A DNA stretch of 56,754 bases, counting the filler, from Dirinaria sp. TL-2023a (Eukaryota), in the NCBI GenBank assembly GCA_051941275.1. It is 6 parts of 6 records of this genome, joined end to end, with 100 filler letters (N's around TTAATTAATTAA, not from the genome) between each part and the next. Parts side by side here need not be neighbours in the genome. Positions count along the whole stretch, not along the records: positions 28,463 to 37,842 come from JAVEBF010001066.1; positions 37,943 to 47,306 come from JAVEBF010001067.1; positions 47,407 to 56,754 come from JAVEBF010001068.1; 3 more parts are not named here. One strand, written 5' to 3'. Of this stretch, positions 36,194 to 47,825 are shown in pieces (positions within the stretch are counted from its first letter, which is position 1; every line of letters begins with the position of its first letter). The notes beneath the pieces are model-generated. The model had not been told where the DNA came from. It did no database searches and saw only the letters and a program-made list of their open reading frames with translations. Made by a program: the position numbers and the translations under genes.

Positions 36194-37053
36194 GACTGAA
36201 TTTGACGTTCTAACGACCAAAGCGGGGAACGAAATATGTATGGTTGCGACCGGGCTGAAAGGATTCGCGAAAAGGCGCCACTCAATGTACAATGATATCA
36301 TCCGATTTAAGGAACATACGGGAACTGCTTGAAGCGATCAAGAAACGTAAATATCTCTATCACTTTGCTACGAGCAACTCAGAGAAATGTTTGGCAGGCA
36401 TTCACGAAGGACCGTAGCCAAATGGACATCTTCCGAAACGCTGTTAAATCTCCGTATTAGGGCATTGGACTTGTATATGTATCATCGCCGTGCACTATTT
36501 GAGTGATAGGCTTAGATTCTCACAGATTGACAAATCCACGATCGAGTAAGCGAGTCCTTGAATTTTTACGTGATAATTCTGCATTGAAGCTGCAGAAGCT
36601 TAGGAATAGGAGTCAGTGGCAAAAGGAGTTATACGTACGTGTGAGCAGAGATATAATTAAAGGGTCCCACTGCCGCCACACCACCCTTCCCCACGAACTA
36701 CTACTCATTCTTGGGTCATAATGCATCCGATCTCTTTGATACCTCGGGCTAAAGATTTATCGATCTCTCTTGCTCCGATAGAGTGCGAGTCTCAAGCAAC
36801 GATGATCTTACGAGATGACGATGAGCTGATTTCACCACGAACGTGCCATCGTCAAATAGGCAAACCGTTAAAGCAGGTCGAAGGTGTTAGAAATTTTTTT
36901 TGAGAGAGAGAGGCATTGATAGATGGAAAACAATAACTGGGGAGGGCGGCGTGGGCAGCAAAAACGAAGGTGGTGTGACAGCAAAGTAGGGTGGTGTGGC
37001 GGTAGTGGTTGCCCAATTCAAAAGTCATGGTTTGCAATAGGAATTTCAGGTGT

Positions 37054-37842
37054 TTATCCTCGCTCAGTGCAAGGTTCCAAAATACGGAGAGCGCTGCCAA
37101 CAAGATACAGGCTACCCGTTATAAGAGTCAGCATGCCTTCACCTTGGTCAGAGGCCTTGGCAAGACTCAAAGCCCCCTCTACCGTCGGCTCCACTGATAC
37201 CATGGCGTTTGGCTGGAACTCTGTCCAAGCATTGATGTACTGCTGTTGTAGAATTTCAGAAAGGGGCAACTTATCGCCGCCAGCTGATGCTTAGTTAGGC
37301 CAAGCACTACTCAGAATGATGATCCTCAGCTCACCGGTATCCTCTTGGCCATCTAGTCGCTCGTGGTAAGTACTTAAGATGAGATGATTGATGGCAACAC
37401 CGTGATTATGTAGGGTTCTGGCTATGGTACGTAGCATCGCTGCTCCGTCACGTTGAGAAAGGTGACTGAAGATGAGGATACGTGGTATTGGTCCTAGATG
37501 TCTGCACAGTTGTGTCAGCGCGGGCGCATAATACGACACACTCCTTTCCACAACCTGAGGTCTTTCGTCACCATTTCCGCGAACCACTGTGCCGGATATG
37601 GAACACTCAATTCATTGTGTGCTCCATCCAAGAACCATCTTTGACTTCCTTGGGTGATTTGCTGAAAGCGACCATTCCAGGAGAAATCTTCTATGCCTTC
37701 CCTAACGTCATGTGATGTTAAATGATGCTCACAATTTGGCCCTTTCTGGGAGAGAAATGCGTTCGCAAGTCGGACGGCAAGAGCAGCGTTGCTCCTTTGA
37801 ACTGCTGTCTTCATAGCTGGTGCGTCCGTGTTGTCTGCCAAC
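37054..37842 (-). CDS. Folylpolyglutamate synthase (FolC/Met7 family), 3' part with introns; 5' part beyond the contig end
   Basis: QRSNAALAVRLA, WNGRFQ, WFLDGAHN, RILIFSH and LITGSLYLVG motifs. Confidence 0.88.
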
Positions 37843-37942
37843 NNNNNNNNNNNNNNNNNNNNNNNNNNNNNNNNNNNNNNNNNNNNTTAATTAATTAANN
37901 NNNNNNNNNNNNNNNNNNNNNNNNNNNNNNNNNNNNNNNNNN
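37843..37942. other. Artificial contig spacer
   Basis: N44-TTAATTAATTAA-N44. Confidence 0.99.
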
Positions 37943-38221
37943 GTTGTGACGAAGAGTAATAATTCAGACACACGAAAGTGAATTATCCGTAGCTTGGACC
38001 CACTCGCACTTACTGAGCTTTTGATTCATTGCCTCACAATCAAGGGCCGGTATCGGATGCACCTCCTTCATTTGCTGCTGGGATATTTGTTTACTGACAA
38101 GTCACATGCATCACTTCACTTCGATGTCGCTTAAATAGTGTATTTTGATCTTGTGTCTTTTGTCTGGTTCCATTGTGCCTTTCATAGTTTGCCGAGCTTT
38201 TTACATATTTATTGCAAAGCC

Positions 38222-39177
38222 ATGGAGAAGGAGAAGAAGAGGGCAGATCTGAAGGAAGACAAGAGTCTCGGCTGTTCAACGAGTAATGAACCGCGCTCAA
38301 GACCAAAATTGGCAATTCCAGCTGCTGCTAGAATGATACGCCATGATTTGGGTCTTTCAAAAGATGTAAGAGCGAAATTTGAGAGATTTCAGGGGGAAAG
38401 AGCTTACTCACACTGGGAGCAGAAGACCGATTTATCGTCGCCGAGCAATGTTATGCATGATAATGTCGATATTACATCGCCAGGACTTCCTGTCAAGAGA
38501 TCATTGCAAGCTACGCATCCTGATCCTTCGAAAGATGCTGCGGCACTACCGAGGCCTTCTTCGAGCTCCTTAAAGGAGGAGAATCATCTTGAAGAGCGCA
38601 CCAATAGCAGTGGCACGAATTTATCCTCTTAGAACTTCAAGCGCAGTGTCACTCATGCATCAGCAGAAACTCTTCTTAAGGAACCATCGCAAGCCACGCA
38701 TCCGGATCCATCGAAAGGCTCCATGTTACCACCGACGCACTTTTCAAGTCCATTGGAAGGAAGACCGGCTCTTGAAGAGCGCACCAATAGTGTAAGGAGA
38801 GCCCTTACCTCTAACCATGAAACCCAGAAATGCCGCTGATAACCCAATCAATCAAGTCAACCAATCTTCCTCTCAAGACGAAGAGACCGGACCAAAAGCT
38901 CTGGGAGTGCGGTGGTCTCCGGGGTAATAGTACACGGAACAATAAAACATCACAGACCGCAGGAGCGAGCGATGTCACACAGAAAGAAGCCATCCAGAGT
39001 AGGAACACGCAGAACAATAAGGTATCCGCAGTCGTAGAAGCGAGCGATAAACAAAAAAGACAGAAGGAGGCTATTCAAGCCTGGCATCGTGAGTATCTAT
39101 CTCATGCCTTTTCTTGCTCTTGCTCTGATCATGCCGGAGAACTGATTCTAGATAACAAACAGATGTATCGTGAATGA
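38222..39177 (+). pseudogene. Low-complexity hypothetical gene or pseudogene with an internal duplication interrupted by an in-frame TAG
   Basis: ATG at 38222; the module QATHPDPSK...LEERTNS occurs twice in the same frame on either side of TAG 38630-38632; plausible GTAAGG and GTGAGT introns downstream. Confidence 0.45.
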
Positions 39178-39972
39178 GCCAGTAGGACCAGATCCTGGTA
39201 GAAGCCTTCACCGGAGAAATGGTTCCAGGCTCTGGCTTTCCATCCGATCTGTCAACAGCGATCCACGCTCAAAAAAGGTTACCTTATGGTGCAAGACGTC
39301 TCTAACTGCAATGCTGCGTACCAAGAGAATTCAGATGTGAATAATAGCTACAAAAATAGTGATGAGAGTCGGCGCAGATAAATGCTAAGAAGCCATGATC
39401 GAGCCAATGTGATAACATTCGTCAAGATTGAAACTCGAATGAACACCTGTGCAGTTTGGGAATCTGCACGCCAGTTTTGAGCTTTCTTCTCAAGGCCATT
39501 GAGCCGCTCGAGCGTGGATCCCTTCCAAATGCGAGCGACTGAACTGTGAAAGTTACCAAAGGTGGGAACATGAGATGAATTGCCGCACACTGATATTTGG
39601 AGTAGGTTTAACCGAGACCCATGAATAACTTGCTTAATAAGCAAGCGGCCCGTTATCGGTCCGCTTTACCGCTGAAATCCTCAACATCAGCATCGAAGAA
39701 ACATCCCAACCATCACCAAATGCCCCATGGGCTCTTCAACATTTCCACAGCCAACCACAAATACCTACTAGTACTTGTCGTACCTTAGGCAAAATGAGGC
39801 AATTACCTAGCAAATGCGAAAATTTGTTGCGGAATGCACAAGCGACTGATGAAATGTCAATCATCCTCGAGGCAACGCCATGAACTCAATTTAAACGGTA
39901 TGGTCTAGGCTTATATAATCCTGCAATTTCTTTCCAATGAAATACTTCTTGCACGCTCTCCGTCTCCATTCT

Positions 39973-42087
39973 CTATTTGGACTTTGAACCGCTTGCTAAA
40001 CTCTCCGACAATTTCCTTGCTCTCGTTTCTGTAGATGATATGATCTGGTCGCCGAGACCCATCTTGGCCCCACTGACATGGTCTGGAATCTCGGCGATGG
40101 TAAGTCTTTGCAATATCTTGGGCTCGCGAGAAATATAAGTCGTCCTGATGGGGCTGGTCAGGAGCAAAATCAGTATTGGTGGATTTGATTTTGCAAGGCT
40201 TGTTAATTCCCTAACGATCTTGCCGGTATCATCGCATTGGTGACGGCTTTCGTAGTATGAGACTCCGTCGAGAATGCATACAACAGGAGTCGCCTCAGAT
40301 GAACGTCGAAGCAATCTTTGAAAGAGGTCCAGAAGCTTTTTGAGATCTTGCGTATCTAGATCATTTTGATCATCCATGCTGCATCTGCAACATGACAAGC
40401 AGAGAAGCTGGCAGATGAGACTACGCAGCATACCTAAGGGGTTTCCGCCAGCTCCATGGCTATGCAAGCCACAGAACCAATAAAGTGTGGGAAAGGACAA
40501 TTTCTTCCAGAAGACGTGGATCAGCAAAGCGCAAGCAACAGATGTCGGAGAGAAGGGATCGTAGCGTCGACTGTTACCGTGGACCAACAGCGCTCCGAAA
40601 AGTGGGTTGAGCAGCCAGCCTTGCATCTCTTTATGCTCGACCATTGCTCCTACCCGGTCTTGATCTGCCAAAGTCATTGATTCAATCTGGCTCAGCACAT
40701 ACTCCACATCGCGTGACGGGTCGTCATGGAGGGGTCCGAAACGGTCAAGCAGCGACCTCCGTGCAGTCACGTTCTTCTCTTCAACAGCTAATGGTTAGCA
40801 CAACGTGACAGGGAACATGAGCTTTTTAATCACCTTCTTGCTCCAAGATTGCCTTGTTTCTGCTTACTCTCCGAGCTTCTTTTGCTGACTTGGACTCCTT
40901 CCAGCCTGAAAGCTTAAGCGACATGAGCATGGTTTTTTCAGTTGTGATACCTACTTTGCAGAACTTCTTGCCACATCTCGCTATCCTTGAAGACGTTGTA
41001 CAGATGATTGCGCGCTTCAACAGCAAGAATCTTCAGTTGTCCCACCTGATCATGAGCTGAATAAAGGCATTAGCTTCATCGCTACAGCTGATCGTAAAAC
41101 AACCATACTTTGTCCGGTAACAGCTTGGATGGTTTTTAACCTATCCTGCTGCCTCTCACTCGCTCGTTCATCCATGGCCTGTGACGCTTTCTCTACATTC
41201 TTCATTTTAGTCTTCAGCATTTCTGCGTATGCAGGACCTTTGCAGAAAGCGCTAATATACTTCACTGATAGTAATCAGTAACGATCCACGCTGACTTACT
41301 TGCGTGGACTTTAGAAACTTACGGCCTGCCGCGTGTTTATACCACCCAAGGATGTGCTGAAGTGCATCTATTATGGCCACATAAAGATTTTCCATCTGCT
41401 GGTTTACATGCTGATAGCCGTACGTCCGCATGAAGAATTGCGCTTTCTCGATGCGCAGAGGCATCTCGTCAAGGGCACTTAAGGTCTCCTTTCGGAGCTT
41501 CCTGAGATGGACTGCCGCCTGCCTTTAATCAGCTCCTATTGCGAATCATTCCCATGGATGCATGCCTCTAGAATTATCGTCAAACCACCGCATACAACGG
41601 AGCCATATATTGAGGTTGATGGCAAAAGTTTCAACCATGCTTCGATAGCTGGCGCGGCAGTTTGGAAAGTCTTCAGTCCATGGTCTATTTTCTTCAGGAT
41701 GCCTCTTTGGCCGACACCTGTATATTTCTTGCGGGCTTCATCGGCATATTCCATCACCTCATTCCATGTATGAGTAGCGCGAAGATCGATCGCGGACTTG
41801 TATTTCGGTTTTACCCCTTGCTGGAACTGTTCTAGCGCATTGGAAAAGGCCTTCTGACTGTCGAACAAGGCTGCTTCATCGTACAGGTCTTCAGACTCCG
41901 CAGCAAAGCAGTCATTACTCGTATCATATTTGAGTCCAGAGCCTTCGAAAGCAGGATGAAGGTCCTCAGTAACGCGGTTTTTAGCATAGGTCGCCGACTC
42001 TTTGAAGGTATTTGGGCTCGGTAAGTCGTCGCGAAGCGTTTCATCATCAGGAATACTCTGAGAATCTCTTGTTAAATTTGGTGTCAT
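39973..42087 (-). CDS. Helical STAND-type N-terminal domain plus degenerate, truncated NACHT-like domain; about 6 exons
   Basis: N-terminal HTWNEVM...AIEAWLKLLPSTSIYGSVVCGGLTIILE|AA resembles the N-terminal domains of fungal NACHT proteins. C-terminal WL...LLVHGN...YWFCGLH...MLRSLICQLL...VVCILDGVSYYE...LLLTSP follows the NACHT core order but lacks GK[ST]. All exons splice in frame, using one GC-AG intron (41565-41519). Confidence 0.8.
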
Positions 42088-43332
42088 ATTTTGGATAAGA
42101 TTCTTTGATATGGTTCTGGCATTTCTCTTCTTTATTACTGGAGATCGTGCTCATGGCACGCTGCCAATTATCTGCGGGGGCACGGCACGGTCTTGCGCCC
42201 ACGCGCGGCTTCTCTGTTGCCCGAAGTTAGTTAATAACGCTTCACTTTTTACAAGCTTGGGTGGGTCGGCATCCGTTCGAACTCAGCCTTGCGCGGTCAA
42301 TCCCAAGGTGTGACGCGATAACGATCTGCGGTATAGATGGATGGTACTACAGATGCCAATATTCACTAAAATGCAGGACCACTTCGAGTAAAAGCCACTT
42401 AAGAGGTCTTGTACGTTCTCCATGAGCGTTGCAAACCTGGTCCGTCTTTTTCGAACGTGGCAGCCTCGCGAACCGCAGCTGCAGCTGTAAAGACTACCCG
42501 TGCTACGTTCCCGAGGCTGGCACATAAGGTACAAACCCACTTAGAGTCTACTAGCTCCCAGCCTTGCTCAAGATCACAATACCTTACGAGGCCTTCGTAC
42601 ACCCAACTCATTTCGGACAAGGTTGCATTCCAGGTCGGTTTTATTGAGGCACATGCAAGTCAAGCGTCGGTAGCGAGATCGACTTAAAATCCAAGAGCCT
42701 CGCTTCTTGCAAGCCATTCTAGCGTTGCTCTGCAAGGCTACACCTCCACATCATGCAATACCGCCTCCGCAACATAGACTGGGCTTGAGTCTAAAATGCA
42801 TCCTCTCTAGTCCACGGTGAGTGAAGCTACCAATAGCATTCATGCACAAGTCAGAGCTCAGCCCCGTGTGGTGAGTAGAACGACAGAGCCGTCGACGGGT
42901 ATTCTTTTCTCGGGCGCCTTTCGCGGGTAGAAATCATCCCTTTCACGTACGAGTACCATCCAAAGCTCGTCATTTTCAGTGGATAACACGGCTTGCGAAT
43001 GCATTGAAAGTATATCAGCTGCCAGTCTCCCTCTATATTCCAAAATATTAACCTTCCGTAAAAGCGTCTTCAAACCGTCGAGGATTTCCATAGCCTTGGC
43101 TCCACTAATGACCTAGACTTATCGGTCATTGTCTACCCTTTTTTCAGTCTAAAGCCGTAACGTTCCTTTTAATAGCGTTAGCATAGAAGGGCATTAAAGC
43201 TTCGAAGGCTTGCGTAGGATTGCTCGGGTGGATACTCCTCATACGAAACATATTTCACCTAGAATCCCATTTTCTGCCGAAATCAGTGTATCAGCCCTCT
43301 ACTAACTTCGCTTGGGCTTCAGCACCAGCGAA

Positions 43333-46300
43333 ATGTCGTCTACCCAATCTTCGGACAACAGCCAGTCGGAAGATGATGCAGGACCTATCCTGCGCAAACG
43401 TTTGGACTCCACTCCCCGTACACCACTCTTCCCTGAAGACGCTTTTCCTAGTACCGAGGCATCCAAAACGCACCGCAGTAACTCTTTCGTCCGCTTCCAA
43501 GAGGACGAGAACAGTCCAATATCTAGAAAAGTGCCGAACAATCCGACGATATTACCTGCAAACAACGACGAAGATGATGCGGCGAAGAATTCACACCAAA
43601 TCCAATCTCAACTTTTCGACCGCATCGCATCACTGGAGAACCAGCTTCAGAATCTAGAGCTCTCGAGACATCCCGGGAGCTCGGAGAAAGGCGAAAGTAC
43701 GTCCGAGCAAACCGGTTTGAGCACAGAGATCCAATGGATGAGCTGGCAGGAATACTTGGAAGATGCAACAAAAGCATCGAATATCCTCGAAGTCCTTATT
43801 GAAAAGCCTCACACCAACAGCAGACGCAGAACCTCCGCTTCTCAGCCCACGCTCGAGGTCCCACGAAGGACATCGACAAAGTCGCAGCCGAACCCCCACA
43901 AGAATATTGAGCGCATTCGAATCAGATCATTCCACATCATCAACGCCCTGCAAACCATAACGGAACAAACGTTTTCCCATTCAACTCGCCTTATAATTCA
44001 TCGCCCTTTCAAAGTCCTATTGTTCTACAAGGAGCAAATACTAGATCACCTTGAGGAGCTGGAGCATGACTTTGCGGAGAACACCCTGTGCCCTCTTGGA
44101 GAGAAGTGTAAAGGATTTGTCCAGTTGGATGACGGAAATGTCAGCCCTCAAGGCTCACGGCGCAGACGTAGCAGCAGCAACATCAATACCCGACGAGCGC
44201 CTTCAGATGAATCTGCACGTGGGCTTTTACCAAGCGGCGCGCCTTCTATGAGATCAGACGACAGTAAATGCAGACACGAGGTGTCCGAAGAACTACTGGC
44301 CCAAGTAGAAGCTATCACGCACCTTCGAATACTCACCAAGTTCATGAAAGGAGATATGCATGAGATTTTCGAAAAACACGAACTGCTCCGATCTCGTAAG
44401 GCAACCACGATTGCTTTCCAAGACATGTGGCATCTTTTCATGGCCGGGGACCTGGTCGTTGCGGAAAGCGAATCCAGTGAAAGGGGTCTGGAATTGTATC
44501 AAGTAGCGATCCTTCCCGCTTGCGACCTGTTTTCAAGCAGACGGCCGGTCAAGCAGATCCAGACCAGAACCGAGGGGTCACACCAACTCGTCGAATCGGT
44601 GTACCGGGAAGAAGCAGTCAGCGTCATGAGCGTCTTCACCGTCGACGTGTTCTACTTTGACTTTGACGGACACAAATTCGGCCCCGTCGAGCGACGCATG
44701 CAGTTGATCTCCTACGAAGGGGAGAAGAATATTGTGGACCTGCCAGTGTACCCTCTTCGATTCCGCAAAGATGCCGCCCAAGTCAAAACCACGATGCTGG
44801 AACGAGGCATGAAGTTTCGAGAACTATCCGCCCCGAATATGTACCCCCATCGCGAGTATAACGGCCTAAGTGTGGGTGAGCCGCAAGAACAGGTAAGCTG
44901 AACCCCCCAGCGAGCGCTCTCGAGGGGGACGAATCTCAAACCGCTAAAACACCCTCGTGTCTCTATCTAGATCGACAGTCAGGTCATCATCGACTTCGCT
45001 TTAGCATACCAAAAGCATCCCAAGAATGCGCCAAAGTTTGGCCTCAGATCTTGGATTGAGGATGATGCGAGGATAGTTGTATGTACTTCCCTTTTTTTTT
45101 TGGTGTGAATTCCAGTACTACGAGAGCATATGCTAATGCAGCAAGCGACTAGACCGAAGCATGCGGCGTCCCCGGCTGCACGGACTGTTTCAAGGACAGG
45201 TTCATGTTCGACGATCACAGAGTGGATCGTCAGAGGACAGTTGAGTTCATCAGAGCCAACGGGTCACTTCTGCGGGCCATCAGTAACAGCGACGAGTTGA
45301 CCGACAGCATGATGATACTTCTGCCGCAGAAAGTCTACGGATTCGTGCTGCGCAGTCGAAGGTGGCATTTCCTTAACATCGACAACATCCGTCCGCTCGA
45401 GCGCAACAGCGACGGCTTCGAATCTCTGATCCTTCCTCCCGGTGTGGCGAGACTGGTGGAGTCGCTCGTGAAAACGCATGAGCCGCAGAGTGTGTCTGCG
45501 TCCACCGGCGGCAGCGACGGCGAAGAAGAGCACCATGTCGATCTGGTGCGTGGAAAAGGAAAAGGTCTGGTCATTCTGCTCCACGGAGCCCCCGGCGTGG
45601 GGAAGACCAGTACAGCCGAGTGTGTGGCGGATTACACGCATCGACCTCTTTTCCCCATCACCTGTGGCGACATTGGTGAGACGTCGAAGGAGGTCGAGCA
45701 CAACCTGGAGCAGAATTTTAGTCTTGCTCACCGATGGGGATGTGTACTTCTGGTGAGTGGAAACACTTCTGTTTTCGTAATCGTTCAAGCAGCTCTGTTG
45801 TTCTTTGATCTCGTTTTAATATAGAGTACCTTACACTAACACCATTCCTCATGTCCTAGCTCGACGAAGCCGACGTCTTCCTCCAAGCGCGAGACCGAGA
45901 AAACATGCGGCGCAACAGCGTCGTCTCCGTCTTCCTGCGCGTCCTCGAGTACTACTCAGGCATCCTCTTCCTGACGACCAACAAAATCGGGCACTTCGAC
46001 GAAGCCTTCAAGTCGCGCATCCACGTCAGCCTGCTCTACCCGCCGCTCGACAAACGCTCGACGCTCAAGGTGTGGAAAATGAACCTCGAGCGGCTGTGCA
46101 AGGGCAAGAAAAGGACGCTCGAGGTCGAGGCGGACGAGATCTACGAGTACGCGCGCAACCACTACAAGGAGCTGCACCGCCACGGCAAAACGACGTGGAA
46201 CGGGCGCCAGATCAAGAACGCGTTTCAGACCGCCATCGCCCTCGCCGAGTTCGACGCGAACAAGAAGCAGGGCAAGCCGGTGCTCGCGCTGGAGCATTTC

Positions 46301-46699
46301 AAGGTCGTCGCGCAGGCGTCGGAGGATTTCGACGATTACCTGTGTCGCGTCCACGGCGGTACCGAGGCCGATCTGGCAAAGAGGTTTTTGTTGAGGGATG
46401 ATGATCATCCTCCTGCTGTTGGTGAGGGGAGGAGGCAGAGTTTACCCTACAGTATGGCGGGCATGATGAGGAACTCTAGTAGGAGGCAGCAGAGTTCGAC
46501 GACGACGACCACGACGACGGACGAGAGCAGCGAGGATGAAGAGGCCACCGCCGCCGCCGCCGCTGCTGCTGCTAAGGAAAAAAGGAGGCGCAAGAAGGAA
46601 AAGAAGGTGGCGCGGAAGAAGACTACTAGCAGTAGCAAAAACAAGGAGAAGGCGAAGGTGTCGTCTGAGAGCGAGGATTTGTCTTCTTCTCTGGAGTAG
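43333..46699 (+). CDS. Fungal AAA+ ATPase with large N-terminal (DUF7025-type) region, about 1035 aa; exons 43333-44892, 44971-45078, 45153-45752, 45860-46699
   Basis: ERIRIRS, IAFQDMWHLFMAGDLV, FDFDGHKFGP, DLPVYPLRF and ERGMKF in the N-terminal region. AAA core: DLVRGKGKGLVILLHGAPGVGKT (Walker A), VLL|LDEAD (Walker B), LFLTTN, DEAFKSRIH, WNGRQIKN. Acidic/basic tail. Confidence 0.93.
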
Positions 46700-47306
46700 G
46701 AGACTTTTGGTTCGGGAAATGATGATGATGATATGTTTCATTTTTTGCATTGAGCACGGGTCTTGCGTTTTTTTTTTTTTGTTTTTTTTTTGTGGAGCAT
46801 TGTTGCATAAAGCTATCATGAGTTCTTACTTTTGCTCTTACCTGTTTTATCTATATACTTATAAGCATAACGGCTCCCTTTTTTGAATCTTGAAGCTGAC
46901 GGATTTTTATTTTTTCCCTTCGTTTTGAATCCGGTCAGTAGGAATTTGGGGGGCTGAGCTGTGCTAAGTTTATTCGATAGATGGGCTGCTGCGCAAAATA
47001 TCTACATAATTGCCGGGTGTTGCCGAATGAGTGGTTGATCAGTATCTGTCGCTTTACGCCTAGGCGGGTGACCATTGCATGGGGAGTAGCAAAATAGAGC
47101 TGAGGGATCCCATGAAACCAAGCGCTGCGAAGGATTGGCTTACCGGAGCCATTGGTATAATTCCAGGGGCTTTTCTAGCGAGCCAAGGTAATGTCTGTCC
47201 CAGTGTCGCGGAAAACCCACCGTGCCGGAAAATAAGATGGGTACTTTGACTTCAAGCGAGGATAACTCTGCGCACATATCGAACTTCATTAGCATTAGAT
47301 ATCCAT

Positions 47307-47406
47307 NNNNNNNNNNNNNNNNNNNNNNNNNNNNNNNNNNNNNNNNNNNNTTAATTAATTAANNNNNNNNNNNNNNNNNNNNNNNNNNNNNNNNNNNNNN
47401 NNNNNN
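47307..47406. other. Artificial contig spacer
   Basis: N44-TTAATTAATTAA-N44. Confidence 0.99.
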
Positions 47407-47424
47407 AAAAAAAAAAAAAAACAT

Positions 47425-47825
47425 ATTTTAAATCTTTTCTTCATCGTCCGTCCATCATGCAAAAGTTCTGTCAAGGTGTAGAGTCTCAAACAAGCTCACA
47501 GCAGTCAATCAGCAAACATAGCGCAGGGAACAAGTATCTTGCCGCACAAATTCTTTCTCTTCCTCTTCCTCTTCCAGATTTATAAATTAGCCCCTTCTTT
47601 CGTTCCATCAGTTCATTACTTTGAACTTCACTAAACTTACAAAAAATAAAAAAAATCAGATTTAAATCTACTCTTTATCCATATCCATGCAAAAGTCAAG
47701 ATGTGAAGTCTAGAAACAAGCAGCCAGTCAGAGAAGAATAATTTTGTCACAAATTTTTGTCTTTCTTCCAGATATGTAGATTTGTCTCGAGTTTTGGCTG
47801 GTTCACTACATGTACTTTGAATCGC
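47425..47825. repeat. Degenerate tandem duplication of about 230 bp
   Basis: TTTAAATC...CATGCAAAAG...GTCAAG...AGTCT...AAACAAGC...CACAAATT...CTTCCAGAT...TACTTTGAA occurs twice, starting near 47427 and 47661. Confidence 0.65.

Noticed and set aside
20431..46699. One large defence island of patatin + NADAR + NLR + NACHT-like + AAA
   Set aside because: The genes lie on three different contigs joined only by size sorting.
9391..47406. Regularly spaced TTAATTAATTAA repeats as a biological array (CRISPR-like or insertion sites)
   Set aside because: Always embedded in exactly 44+44 Ns; a standard six-frame-stop linker added during concatenation.
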